Positions 11,178 through 24,205 of a stretch of DNA of 64,000 nt are shown here, piece by piece. Under the pieces are notes generated by a model. The model saw only the letters and a list, made by a program, of their open reading frames with translations, was not told the DNA's origin and ran no database searches. Origin of the DNA: Tubiluchus corallicola (taxonomy: Eukaryota > Animalia > Priapulida). The position numbers were made by a program, and so were the translations under genes. Location of the stretch: the NCBI GenBank assembly GCA_030141605.1, contig JAQGDQ010000223.1, forward strand, positions 1 to 64,000, in the 5' to 3' direction. The stretch's first letter is position 1. The number at the start of each line of letters is the position of its first letter.

Positions 11178-13229
11178 TATAATTAACTGGTGCTTTTTAC
11201 TACAGAAACTAAATAAAGAATCGATCGTTTCTAAACATTCTGATTCTAAGAAGTGAATTACCTGGTAACCACTTATGAAATCAAATTCTTTCAGTTATCA
11301 GAAAATTATGCGAAATTCATTGTATCTCACAGTAATTTATTAATTTATAATATATAAATTTAACAAATTGCAAGTCATGAATTAAAGTTCGTGAGAAATT
11401 TTGTAGTCTCGTTTCTTGATTGTGAGGCGTGCTATTCATCATTTTAGTTTTTATCATTGGGAATTATCTCCGTAACCGTGTCTCTAATGTGGTTTTGAAG
11501 TTTCGTTACAGTATATCTGCAAAATCAAATCGTAAAATTATTAACCAGTGATAATAGAGCCGTATGTTCTAGAAGGTGCTGAATTGAGTAGAATCCAGAG
11601 TGCTTTCTGATCTCATTGAGATGAATCTTCACAAGTTACTTTTTCAATCCTTTTGAACTTCTTTTATCCGTCACTCTATCCTTGTTTTGCGCAACCTTTT
11701 CCTTTAAACCGCCCAAAATCCTCGTCTATTTTTTGTTCCTTTTTCGGTTATTGTTTGGAACTGCTTAAAATGGCGCAAGCACCTAATAAGTTTTACTTCT
11801 GTTTCTTGCATTAATTGCATACTGTCTTATCAATTGATATTAACTGTACATTTTTTCTCATTGTTTCTATATGTTTCCATCGTATACTGTATTTCCAAAG
11901 AAATGAACTACTAAATTTGCTAAATTACTGCAATGTCGACTTTGTCGATTCGGAGGAGTGAGGATTAACATACTAACAGGTGGCTTCCGGTATAGCATCG
12001 ATGTTGAGGTGATTTCAGTTTTACAATCAACACTGATTTACGTAACTTTCCAATCTACTTGACGTGCCTTTTTATTTTGCGATTTAGAATGACCAGGAGA
12101 AGAAGAAAAAGTCGCTTATTTGCGTGAGAATTCCATCTAGTTTATATTTTCATAAGGCATGAAAATGTATTATAAACATGCAAATATTGTAATATGGTAA
12201 TATTGGTTTATAAAAATTGTGTTTGTAAATATGTGCATATATTGTAGATAGTTAAACCACAGTTTTGCACATTAGTTTTTTAGTTTGCACTGGACGCATT
12301 TGTCTTGAACAGTGTTGTTATTTTAACATTACGCCAACCATTTTAATATTATAATAATATATATTTTATGATTACATGCAAAATTATGTTCCCAATGTCT
12401 GTCATACGAGACTCATTATTAACACAAATTAATGCTTTGAAATAAACAGCAACTCTATTAAACACTAACAAACTAAACTATAACAACAGCTATCAAATTA
12501 TCAAATATACGCTGTTCAGCTTCACAACACTGAACTACCCGCTGATGCAATCAGACAACAATGCAGCATGTGCTGCCATCTATTAGTGGCAATGCATACC
12601 TTACAGAAGGCCACTAGCCCACTCAGTCCTAGTTGGAAGCAAGACAATGTTGTGGATCACTATCTGCTTCACCATTTGCCAGAGTTAATTTACTCGCACT
12701 AAAATTGCTAGTGAATTTAAGTTTTTAATTAATTTTGAGCCTAGAACCGTTACCAAGAAATTAGCAATTTGCATTGTGTGTACAAAATTATAATTAGCAG
12801 CGTAAACTATGCATGTTCATTTTAATGTTCAAGCTGCATTCTCTGATAAAATACTGATGTTTTATTGTTACGGAAATGGCAGTTTTACAAATATATTTTT
12901 AGAGTAGCGAAAGAAATAGCTAAATTAGCACGGTGCATGCATAACAACTAAAGTTAAGCAGTGCTGTTTTTTCTAAAAATGGATAGGTGAACACTGTGAA
13001 ATCACATGAAAGCTTTCATTTTCTATACTGCCTTAGGCATGATTGAGGGAGGATGTATTAGAAGGCCACTTTAGAAGGCCACTAAGACCCCTGACGCTTC
13101 AATGCCTAGCCTGAGAGGTTATTAATAATATGACTAACTTGATAATGAGTTGAAGCAATAATACAAGTTATTAAAATGGAATCATTGACAATACCTGTGA
13201 TAGAGTTATTAAGTCTTACAGGTAAAGGG

Positions 13230-13319
13230 TCGTGGAAGCCCTACCAGCGAATCCACTGGGATTTCGTTGATAATCCAAAAAGTACCGCCTTCCTAGCCAC
13301 CGATAATTAGTCTAAGCGC
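13230..13319 (+). mobile_element. Possible relic of a Ty3/Gypsy integrase
   Basis: Translates to SWKPYQRIHWDFVDNPKSTAFLATDN*SKR, resembling the rve motif PW.R.H.DF....L...D..SK; contains a stop and downstream similarity is poor. Confidence 0.35.
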
Positions 13320-14068
13320 TTATATGACGCGCTGTAATTCCCACGTGTTTCACTAGATTGCTTATGTTGAAACTCACACTCTCTCTGTCAACAGGCAAAT
13401 CCAGTTACTGGTAGGCGCTGATTAAATTCACCTAATTGAAGGAAATTTAGCGCTGAAGGATCGGCTACCAGAGGGTTTTGTGTCAATAGCCACCATAGTT
13501 GACTACTGATTAGTATAAAACTCAGGGAAAGTTTGCAGCACTTGCAGACTGTGCTTCAGCCGTTGGCTCTCACTTAGTATCCAATTTTCTTCTTTTTCAA
13601 TTCCATTGCTTCTGCGCATGGCTTTAGGAGCTCTGCATAGCAGCTGGCACCGCTCATTTTCAATGGTTCGACAGCAAAATTGCGAAAACGTTCCCGATAG
13701 ACAAAACACTGGTCTTCTAGTCTGTAGTACTAGGGTCCTCTGGACTGTATGATATCCACGTCTTTTAAAACCTTCGTGCTCTTTTCGTTTGTAGCTTTCA
13801 TCTTCGTTTATCAAGGATATTCTTTTCATTGTCACCCATGCTGTTTCAAAAGAATTTGCATTAGATTAGATTAGATTTTTCTGTCAGATTAAACTAAATT
13901 TGCCTAAATTAGAATTTAAATAGAGTTTAGAATTAATTAAACCTTATTTTAATTCAAGTATCATTAACAAATTTAATTAGTTTAAATGAACAAAATTATT
14001 CTCATAATTTTCTCTTATCTTATTACGCAAATATATTCAATAGCAAAATTGAGACGGCCCATATTAAA

Positions 14069-14800
14069 CATGGGTACACTCCTTGGATATGTTTCAGCTA
14101 ATATTATCACAATTACTAAAGATACTAGGGGCAATTTGTTTGACGCGAATCATTATAGAGGCATTGATATTGGTCAGTTATTTTTAAAATCCATGAATGT
14201 CTTTCGACTTGTGGTAATCAGATTGAGTTCAAAGCCAAAATAGCTGCATCTGTGGTCCTTAAGGAGACTGTTCAATGGTAATAAAGTTTATTGTTCTCTA
14301 CTCGATACCTCCAAGGCATACAGTAAGTCGAATTTTTGTAAATTCTTAAAAATGCTTCTCCGTAAAACAAATTTCCTAACAAATAACCAAAAACCCTGTT
14401 GAATATGTATACTAGACAAAATATTAATGTTTACTATGGCAACAGCTTTCACGTGATACACAAGTGTTCAATGACGTTCACCAGGGAGCCGTTCTCTCCC
14501 ATGCTCTTTTTTGTATTTATTTAGCTGGAATGTTACAATTTTGTTAGAAATAGGTATTGCGGGGCTCTGGCGTACGCTGATGACTTTGCTTTACTTTCTG
14601 CCAGTGTGAGGTTTCAGAGATTTTGTTGGAGATATGTGAATATTCCCTTAATTTTATTAATATTTATGGGTATAAGATGAAACACAAACGCACATTATTC
14701 ACTCTTCGTACTCCTCTGCAATTTATATGATAGAGAACCCCGAGTTTTACTTGATGGAATTACTTTAACTTGGCATAAAACTGTGCCTCATTTAAGTCAT
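14069..14800 (+). mobile_element. Decayed non-LTR retrotransposon (LINE) reverse transcriptase
   Basis: Frameshifted but ordered RT motifs: HGYTP, IITITKD..NHYRGI, KVYCSLLDTSKAYSK, NDVHQGAVLSHALFCIY, CGALAYADDFALL (YADD at 14573-14584). Confidence 0.85.
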
Positions 14801-16095
14801 ACTTTTGTTGTTGTTTACTTTATTTATTATCATTTTATTTCCGCCCAGTTTACTATAAAACTTACACAATATTGTAATTTAAATACTATGTACAATAAGA
14901 ACAAAAAATAAAAAATAAAAATAAAAAATTAACGCACGTTTATTGATGAAAATTAGAACTACTTTCTAAAGTATGTCTAATTTTGTCTCACACGAGAACT
15001 AGTAGGCTGCAACTTATGAGCAGCTCAAAGTCTTGCGAACGGTTTCCAAATACTATTGCCATCTTTTTGACATATGCACCCGCAACCATATTATGTGCAT
15101 GTTATACCAAACACACCATTGAAGCTCATTTAATGGTTACAAATGACCCGCCCAGTAGACCAACAAGACTTGGTTCTGTCAATGCAACAATAAACGAATT
15201 TCCTCGTGGTAAAATAAGAAAGTTATCATACGACCATTAATTATTTCACCATTGTGACTCTCAGCGCGATTTCAAATCGCGAAAAGCCTTCTTTACAATT
15301 GCATGTACTTGGGTTTTATCTGTTTGAGCATTTTGAAGCCAAATACGAGTTCCTATATCCACTGCTGCATGAAATTGTCAAGTATAGAGACTCATGAAGT
15401 AAAAGGGGGACAGTATAATACATATTATGCTTAATACGTTACAGCTGTTACACAAGTTAAAATTTTGCATGGATAGATGGTTACACTATAAACTACATAA
15501 GCTTAATAGTAGTGAATGGTAGTTTAAATATCATTAAGATAGGCTCAGAGACTAGTACCTAAAAGCCAGTCCTCTGGGGTAAAGATTTTCTTCACTTGAT
15601 GTCAAGATAGGCAATGTACGACTTAATAATGTGCAGAAGTTCACAAAACAACATAGACTCGTATGATAAAGCACAATTCTTGAAACAACGTGTCGCTTTC
15701 AGCCATACAAATTTCGACAAAACAACGCGTGTAGTACAAAGAAAAGGATACGTATTTTTTTCGAATGCACGCATGCTTTCTCGAAAGAAGTCGAGAAAAT
15801 GGAGTTAGAGCTAGAGCATTCCTTAATGAAAAAAACACGTGGGCTTTTCTCACGTCTTTTCCTTCAATCGAGTTGTCTGAAAAACGCGTGATTTTTAGGC
15901 GTAGTTATTGAACTACGCGGTGACATATTTATTTGTCACTGATGTCTCATCTAATTTTTAATCCTGTTCCTACGTAGATCATTGTTGCACTAACGGAGAC
16001 ATTAGGTAAGGCATGCTCAGAACCAACATGTAATTCATTATCCAATGTGACCTTTGTATATGAACATGTTGTCTTGCAAGAAGAGTTCCTTACGA

Positions 16096-16283
16096 TTAAA
16101 GTGGCGTTTCGTAACATCCGGAATGCGTTATGCGTTATCCACTTGCGGAATAGCTGCGTTATCCACTTGCAGTATAACGCAGGTCAGATAAACGGGTGCA
16201 TTGAAAAAAATATAAACCGATTTTATCTATTCGGCATCCGCATAACGCGCGCGATTTCCGGATCCAGATAAACGCCATTTTAG
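16096..16283. mobile_element. Small MITE-like element
   Basis: Ends TTAAAGTGGCGTTT / AAACGCCATTTTAG; inner inverted pairs ATCCGGAA/TTCCGGAT and GCGTTATGCG/CGCATAACGC; internal direct repeat TGCGTTATCCACTTGC x2. Confidence 0.5.
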
Positions 16284-17044
16284 TTTTTCCTCGTTTCTTT
16301 TGTTTTGCTTATCTGTCTGGCACAACTAAGCAGTTTATACCGCCATCTACATTGTTTTTTTAATGTTAACTTCAATCCAGTTTTGCTGGACAATATTTTT
16401 ATTAGAAATTGGTGGTTCTGTTTCAATTAATTACACATTAACGATAACTTTATATATTTATAACCGAAAAAGAGAGTCCGTAAACCGTCTCTTTGCAAAT
16501 CGGTCGATTTTCTTAACACTACGTTCTTATCAAAACAGCCTGCAAAGTTAGATTAAAACAAATAACGTTCCACAGATGTTTATTTTTCATCCCGCCAAAG
16601 TGCTTTTCAACCAGTATAGCTCAACTCACACTCGTATCCTGCAAAAATTCGATAAGAACACTTAAAAGTGTCTTCGCAGGGTAGTCCTATACGAAAGTGT
16701 TAGCTCAGTAGTTTTTTGTAATAACAATCTCAAACAATACTTCGTGCAGCATCAGATTTTAACGAGTCTAGAAGGGCATTTTTGACGTTTAAAAGGAAAT
16801 GGAACTAGTATGAAATTTTGGAATGAAACTTTCAATTAATACCAGTACAAACTGAATAATGAATTGTCTACAGTAAAAAAGAAAGACAATATTGCCTACT
16901 GTGTTTTTAAAATAATTTTAGATACGCAACTCAATTCGTTCATAATATTTCTGCTTTGTGCAGTTGTTTTTCGGATAAGGCTAAAGTTCATTAATTCACT
17001 AATTTATAATTGCCCTCTCATTAGAAATTAGTTCGTGAAACGGA

Positions 17045-17089
17045 TTAGGGTTAGGGTTATTGTTAGGATTAAGGTTAAGGTTAGGGTTA
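17045..17089 (+). repeat. Short degenerate TTAGGG-like tract
   Basis: TTAGGG TTAGGG TTATTG TTAGGA TTAAGG TTAAGG TTAGGG. Confidence 0.7.
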
Positions 17090-18551
17090 TGATAATTAAA
17101 TTGTGTGGGGAATTGTAAACTCCTTCGTCGGATTTGCTTGCTCTTACTGGTATACACATCTCTCAAATTCTCTTTGTCCAAAGTTTGTAAATAAGTTTTG
17201 CAGAATAGTTAGAGTATGAGGCATGGTCTCATCCCTGCGCTGTTCTAATTGGGTAAAGTGTGACACGTAATTAAAAGTTTTTGGCCAGGCTCAGAAATGT
17301 GTCTTTGTCTTAGAAATGACGTCCACATAGCCCATCAGTGACACCAACTGAAGTGTGAAAATATTAATAAAAGGGTCCCCCGTCTTAAAATAAAAGCGAG
17401 CTAGTGAATTTTATTTAAAATCATAGCAAGCGCAACATTTTCTTGTGACCACACTCGCGTTAACCCTATATACCGCGTTATATTGAAATGCAGGACTAAT
17501 TCAGTAATTCTATAATGCCTCATAGACAAACAAATCCCAAAAGGGAACTTGTCAGCGTCAAAACTCGAGCGGAATATTAATTAATAACTCGTCTCCAATT
17601 TGCCTGAAATATAACTGGAAATTGTGTACTGGGAATTGACGTAAGTTCGGCGCAATTTTCTTTGTACATTGTACAATGCTGTAAATAAATGTGCAAGATA
17701 AATAATATTGCCTTTATTCGCCACACACAAGCTGCCTAGCACTCCAAGATATGGTATCAATTGAGTTAAAAACGGCGTAGGTTTTTCAGTTCTCAGTAGG
17801 TGGTGACGATAAAATCAAGTCTAATAATAGTGCCATGCAGAGTCGACGATGTTTAAGTATGGGAACTGATTCTGCTTACGCCCCGAGCTTTTCTACAACT
17901 CAAGAACAATAAATTTACACAAGATAATACAGTTTCTATTATTATTGCCTTCTCTCGTATTGATAGATGTGACAATTGTGAATTCACGTAATGGCTTCAC
18001 GAAATGGGAAATGATCAGATGCAATAAAGAGAAAAGAAAGCCGTCGTTTCTATTCTTAATATTGTAAGAATTTTTGGTTTGTATGCCACATGTTGACAAA
18101 ACCAAGCTGAAGGCTTCATATCGGTCGATTTCAGATAAACCCGACTTTTAGGTTTGACGTTTTCCTTTTTTAAATCCTCTTCTCAATCTGATCTATTTAT
18201 TTCGTTCTATCACTTAAATAAATCTGTATCTCTTATAGAGGTTATGTAACGCGCAACATGATTAAGAAATACGTGCAATTTGGTGCACAATTATATCGCA
18301 ATGAAAAAATACACTTATCGACTGTATAGTAATAGTTCATTGCTTGACAATAAGTGTCTCGTATTAAGATGGGCAGCCTCACAAAGAGGCGGTTCAAACA
18401 TTGTATCATTCAAGTAAGGCTTCAAAGCGTCGCCTGCGCAAGCAGCAGCGAGCAAAGAGTAGTGGTTTCTCTTGTAGAACTGCTGAAGTTACCTAGAGGC
18501 ACGGATACGTCATGTGTACCAAGTGAGAGAAGCAGATGTTTGCTCTGCGGC

Positions 18552-19772
18552 ATGGATATTGTTAACTTTAGCAGAACTGCTTCAACAACTAAGAACGATA
18601 ATTTCTTTGAAGCGCAGAATAATTCAACGTTTGTTGAGGCCGATCCTGATGAACATGAATTGTCCTTGGTGTCCTTAACTGTGATCGGCGTGACATTATC
18701 GCTAATCATCTTTTGTGCCATCGGAGGGAACATTCTGGTCTGCGTTGCAGTTTACAGCGACAGACACCTTCGAAAAACTGGTAACTTGTTCATTGTGTCT
18801 TTGGCATTGGCTGACATGTTAGTGGCCACGCTGGTGATGCCTTTTGCTTTGGCAAATGATTTATTGGGCTATTGGGCGTTTAACATTGGCTTCTGTAATA
18901 TATGGGTGAGCTTTGACGTAATGGGTTCGACGGCGTCAATTCTAAACCTGTGTGCTATAAGCGTAGACAGGTACGTGCACATACGTAATCCAATGCGTTA
19001 TCACGTTAAAATGAAGCTGAGAACAGTGCTGATAACTGTTGCACTTCTATGGACGTGCTCAATGATCATATCATTTATTCCAATTAGTTTGGGCTGGCAC
19101 GAACTGCCATTCCATCAAAATGTTACCACATCCCGGGATGAGGATAAGCCTCTCTGTGCTCTGGAGATTAACCCCACTTATGCTATTGTCTCTTCGGCTA
19201 TCTCATTTTACTTCCCGTGTATTGTCATGGTGTCGTTGTACATGCGACTGTACATGTACGCCAGAAAACATGTTAAGAATATCAAAGCGTTGAGCATACC
19301 TCCCACAACAAGTTTCAACGATGAGGACAGAAAAACGGGTGATCCGCCGGCACAAGCAACTAACAGAATAAAGGACCACAAAGCGGCAATAACAGTGGGC
19401 ATCATCATGGGTGCTTTTTTAGTATGTTGGTCACCTTTCTTCTGCGTCAATATTGTGGCTGCGTTGTGTGTGGACTGTGTACCAAAAGCTCTTTGGTTAA
19501 CCCTCACCTGGTTGGGCTACTGCAACTCTTCTCTCAATCCTATCATTTACAGCATATTCAATACGGAGTTTAGAAACGCTTTCAAACGCATTTTAGGAGT
19601 AGAGAATTGCGGTGTATGTTGCAGATCAGAGCAGGTAGCTCTCAACGCGCGCGTGAACAGTAACCTCTCGGAAACTAGACGCTTTCTGGTGGCTAACGAT
19701 GTCTTCAAGAAGGAAAAGTCTGAGAGTGATTTATTTGTTACCAAAATTGGTGAAGATGTGACCACAATGTGA
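18552..19772 (+). CDS. Dop1R1: D1-like dopamine receptor (invertebrate DOP1 type), class A GPCR, single coding exon
   Basis: Seven TM segments; N-terminal sequons (NFS, NNS, NST); TM2 SLALAD; TM3 Asp in FDVMGSTASILNLCAISVDRY; TM5 serines YAIVSSAISFY; short ICL3 ending DHKAAITVGIIMG; CWSPFFCVN; NPIIY. Start placed at GGCATGG (406 aa); an in-frame upstream ATG exists at 18369. Confidence 0.92.
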   Translation: MDIVNFSRTASTTKNDNFFEAQNNSTFVEADPDEHELSLVSLTVIGVTLSLIIFCAIGGNILVCVAVYSDRHLRKTGNLFIVSLALADMLVATLVMPFALANDLLGYWAFNIGFCNIWVSFDVMGSTASILNLCAISVDRYVHIRNPMRYHVKMKLRTVLITVALLWTCSMIISFIPISLGWHELPFHQNVTTSRDEDKPLCALEINPTYAIVSSAISFYFPCIVMVSLYMRLYMYARKHVKNIKALSIPPTTSFNDEDRKTGDPPAQATNRIKDHKAAITVGIIMGAFLVCWSPFFCVNIVAALCVDCVPKALWLTLTWLGYCNSSLNPIIYSIFNTEFRNAFKRILGVENCGVCCRSEQVALNARVNSNLSETRRFLVANDVFKKEKSESDLFVTKIGEDVTTM

Positions 19773-21314
19773 TACATATTCCATTTTGCGTTAAGCAAAG
19801 ACACAAGGAAGCCAACAAAGTTAAACTTAATGAAGATGAGAGTACAATAATTATGGTCGTTTCTTTAGGCCTTGGTTACTTAAGTCTATTGGTTATTTAT
19901 ACCGAGAGCGTTACACAAATTGGGATAGTGGCTTGATGAAGCGAAGCGAACGATGACGATTTGTCTAAGATGAAAACTGATGGAAGTGCGATCCAATGTG
20001 ATGAGTTATTGCTGTTTTTACACTTATTGTGTTAGCTTTCCCTTCTGGAATTACTGTTTTAACACTTGAACGTGTTATTTATTCATTAACAAACAATTCA
20101 GAACTCCTTTCATGCTTAATATACGTGTGTACGTGAAAGTTTGCATCAACATGCCGTGACACTTACAAGTTCATGCCGTTTACTAGAGATTTTAAATACA
20201 AGGCCTTGCTTTCCCTTCGCAATCAGTCTTTTAATCGAAATTGCCGATTTATAAACTACTTAATGGCGTGTAGCACAAGCAGTCACGATAACGTTAAGCT
20301 GAATGCGAGGTCCAGATAACCGCTAGCTCGTCATGCAGAATGGCTTCAAGTAAGTGTTTTTATTTTATCAATCATGTGTAAGCGCTAGGCAATGTTAAAC
20401 TTGGCTTCTTTTATGATTGTAGTAACTTTGTGAACAGTTTAGAGCAAGCAGCGCTGTAAAACGTGTAATTAGTGTTAAAAGCAAAGGTTAGTTTTACGAT
20501 AATTTGTTGGCCGCGTCTGCTCCAGCTTCCGATTCGCGTGTAAATTAATTACCGTCTTTGTCACTTGTCACTATCATCAATTCAAAATAAATGAGTCAGC
20601 GATCTGTGGTCAGCGTGCAGAAGGCCTGCGATTAGCGAGGCACCGACTATAACTAGGACTATAATATCTGCTGTCAGTCTCCAGAACGTACAAAAAATAT
20701 ATTAAACATCTGAAATGTTTATTGCGTTTCCATTGCAGTAAACGGTCATTGTTTTAGTGAATTAATTTCGTGTGCATTATTTTTTGTATATAATTACGTG
20801 TTTGTGTGTGTGTTTTTGTAGCTGTGTCTTCTGTTTTATTGTAATTTCAATAATTTTAGTCTTATGTTTTAGTATGTTGTCTTAATGACATGTATATTTT
20901 ATTTAGCTTATATGTGTTTTTATGTGGCTTTTGAAAACAACACTCGGAAAGCATGTTCAAACGTGCCAAGTTTCTAAGTAATTTTCAAGTTCTATAAGAT
21001 CTCAAACAGAATAACGTAAACTAGGCGCAGACAAATACAAAGAGGCTGCACCTCATGCTTAAACTGAGCAAGCTGGAACACAAACTGAGTAACTATGTAC
21101 TCAAAACGACTAACCTAAGTGGAGTGCTTAATAAGCTTGTTTTCTTTCTCAGTTCTTGCTGGCAAATACCTTTTTTTGCACTGCCGACTTTACTTGATCT
21201 AAGTAACCAAATTTCTAAAAGTAATTGAAAATTTACTGCTCAGTTTTAATGAGAAATCTCACGAATCAGGTGATTAGCTGGTAAACCCATTTGGCCCATT
21301 CACCTGCTGAACTG

Positions 21315-21378
21315 ACGAAGCCATTCCGTATCAGCGGTTTTATACTCAGTATACAATGCTGATATGCAGTGGCTTCGT
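21315..21378 (+). other. 64-nt stem-loop downstream of the receptor CDS
   Basis: ACGAAGCCATTCCGTATCAGCGGTTTTATAC pairs with GTATACAATGCTGATATGCAGTGGCTTCGT, using three G-U pairs on the + strand. Confidence 0.6.
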
Positions 21379-22713
21379 AAGGGATTGTACCTGAAAAATT
21401 GGCTTCAGTGCAGTATTACAATTGTTCACTGTGACTGTTCTATCAGCAAAACATTTGAAACAAGCAATAAATTAAAGTAAACACACAAGAATGCATTAAA
21501 AAAGCTGTATCCGTAACTGAAGGTGCTGGTGGAAAATGCAACCTTACTTCAATTACAGTTTAGTTTAAAATTTTCTTATTTGAAACTATTTATTTTAATG
21601 TTCTCTCACATATAGCTTCGCTTTGATTTCCTAGGCAAACAGTAAACTCATTGCAGCAATAATTTTGACCCGTTAAGCCTGGTAAGAAAATGTTTATTTT
21701 CAATTTAGAAAGTGAAATAACGTTACCACATCGTTACCAAAGTCAAGTAAAAGCATTTAGAGCATTCAAAGTTCTCACTGAATACGTTTGGAGCTTTGCA
21801 GTTTGTACAATTCTTTTACAAGCTTCAGGAAACTGTGCCGAAACTGCCTCAATCTGCAGAGACTGAGAAAGTATTTTCGCATTCAAAAGTGACATTTCTC
21901 ACGGCTGGCAAATTCAATAAGGTACTTCTATGGCATCGCAAGCTGCAGGAACAATAAACTCATATCCAGTTAGTAACTGACCCTAAATGTCTGGTTTAAT
22001 TATTTAAGCGTTACCTTAGTGCCTGCAACTTTGTTTATGTCAAGTCATGATCACGATAAGATTTCTTGGAGAAACACATATTATGCATGTCCGGTAAAAC
22101 CTATAATATTTATAATCATCCGAGTAATTGCGCTTTCTTGTTTCGGGGGATGAATTAATATTTTACATGCTACTTTCCTGGGTTATTAGTTTGTGATAAA
22201 TGGATTCCAAACTCAGAAGATTAGTGATTCTATACTTGGGACTTAATTCTGTGGGCGAATAACGCGATTTATATCGTGAATTCAACCGTGGTTTGCGTGT
22301 CGGTTGAGAGTTCGGCCATCCATTGTACGACTATTTACGTGCCGCTGTTGGACTTTTAGACATCTAATCATTCCTAATGGGTTCCATCCATAGAATAATT
22401 CTTAGAAATATATTTACCGCGAGTAAATGTGAAGTTGCAAAACGCAGACTGAAGAATTCTTTAATGGCTGTAGTTCTTGATTGACATAGTCTTGGCTTAG
22501 TGGTTAAAGTAATATAAGTTATGTAGAAGATAATTTAATTTTTTCTGTGGATTCACTTCCAGCTCTAAATGTTCAGTATTCAAGTCCATAAATATTGGAA
22601 AAGTAATAGTGATAGTAGTAGTGGAAGTAGTAGTGGTTAGTAGTAACAGCATTAGTAATAGTAGCAACAGCAGCAGCAATAGCAAGGACAGAGACAGAAA
22701 GCGAGAAAGAGAT

Positions 22714-22833
<120 letters not shown>

Positions 22834-24099
22834 ACTCCGTCGTTGTTTGCCGAGCTGGCTGCCTGTTCGATTATTTTACTGGCTAGAGTTCATCCACTTT
22901 AGAAACTATTTTCTAATCTACAGTGAATTCTAAAATCCAACCAAATCAGTTTTTTCCTGCAATGCATTTCTATTTGGCCAACGCACTGATTGCATTTTTG
23001 TGGCTTCAAGTTATTTCTTCGCCTGGACTGCGCAGCTATGGCATCATAAAAAGCATCTGGTTGCTGAGCTGCCTTTCAAATTTAATTTTGCCCTGTGCAA
23101 ACATCCGTAAACCAGCGTTAACGAGCAGAAACCACCTGCACAACGTAACAATAGTCAACCTGACGATCAAATATATAAGTTTAAGTCGATTTACGCAACA
23201 CCGAATGTTATTAGACAATGTTTACTTACAGGTTTCCCTGTCTTTACCCAATTCACTATTACCAATTAACGCTGTAATGATTCTAAAAAGTTCTGGCTGT
23301 GACGAATTGACTCTGCACAATATTTTAGCCTATTGCAATATAATTGTAGTAAAGTTGAACGAAAAGATGAGTTTGCATTATTATATAGATTTACCCATGA
23401 AAGCTTAGAATTTATGCAGCGTCTCCTTTTAAATTGCAAAGAATTTTTTGTTTTTGTTCATTATCAATTACATCAATACATATAATTTAAATTTTGGGTT
23501 AGTTTTCCGTATAAGTTTACGCGAAATTAGTTGGTCAAAGTCTGTGGGTTTCGTTAAACAAAAACAACATTATGAACAGTACATTACGAAAATCACACAT
23601 CGTTTCTTCCTTTGTTAATAACAATGTTACGCAAAAAATTCGTTCCAATATCCGATATTCTTTCCAAAGAGTCTTTCCAATATCTGTAAAAATTGCATTT
23701 TTAGTAATAATATAATAACTCTAGAGTATTTCAAGGGAAATAATCTCCTAATAGGAGTGATTTACATGCCTAAACGTGTTTGGTTTAAATTCTGTTACAA
23801 AATTGGAATTGTAATAAATGCCAAAACAATGCTGCAAACTGGCAACACCTACTTCGCCGGTGCACGTACTCTGCCAGTTAGCTTAATTCGCTCGTGCACA
23901 GTTTGTCAGTAAAAGTTTATCCTAATCGAAAAATAGATCGTTCTTGCATTTAAGACAACAGCACTACTTCTGATATGACCTCAAACAAACTCACCAATTG
24001 CACTAGTGCCACTCAACACCACAAAATCTATCCAAACAATTCACTTATAATTATCATTATAATTGTCACCATTTCACAATCACCTCGGCTTATCATTTT

Positions 24100-24109
24100 C
24101 ATCATCATC

Positions 24110-24169
<60 letters not shown>

Positions 24170-24205
24170 GTCGTCGTCGTCGTCGTCGTCGTCATCACCT
24201 TCATC
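24100..24205. repeat. (ATC)n/(GTC)n microsatellite
   Basis: Directly visible trinucleotide run. Confidence 0.95.

Noticed and set aside
17045-17089. Interstitial telomere or chromosome fusion scar
   Set aside because: Only ~7 degenerate units in one orientation; such tracts are common inside invertebrate repeats.
18422-19804. Antisense ORFs over the receptor (and the + strand ORFs over CPQ at 58160-59290)
   Set aside because: Shadow frames of real coding sequence with no independent features.
22923-23408. 161-aa ORF
   Set aside because: Non-ATG start in the ORF track, no recognisable motif and no convincing splice sites.
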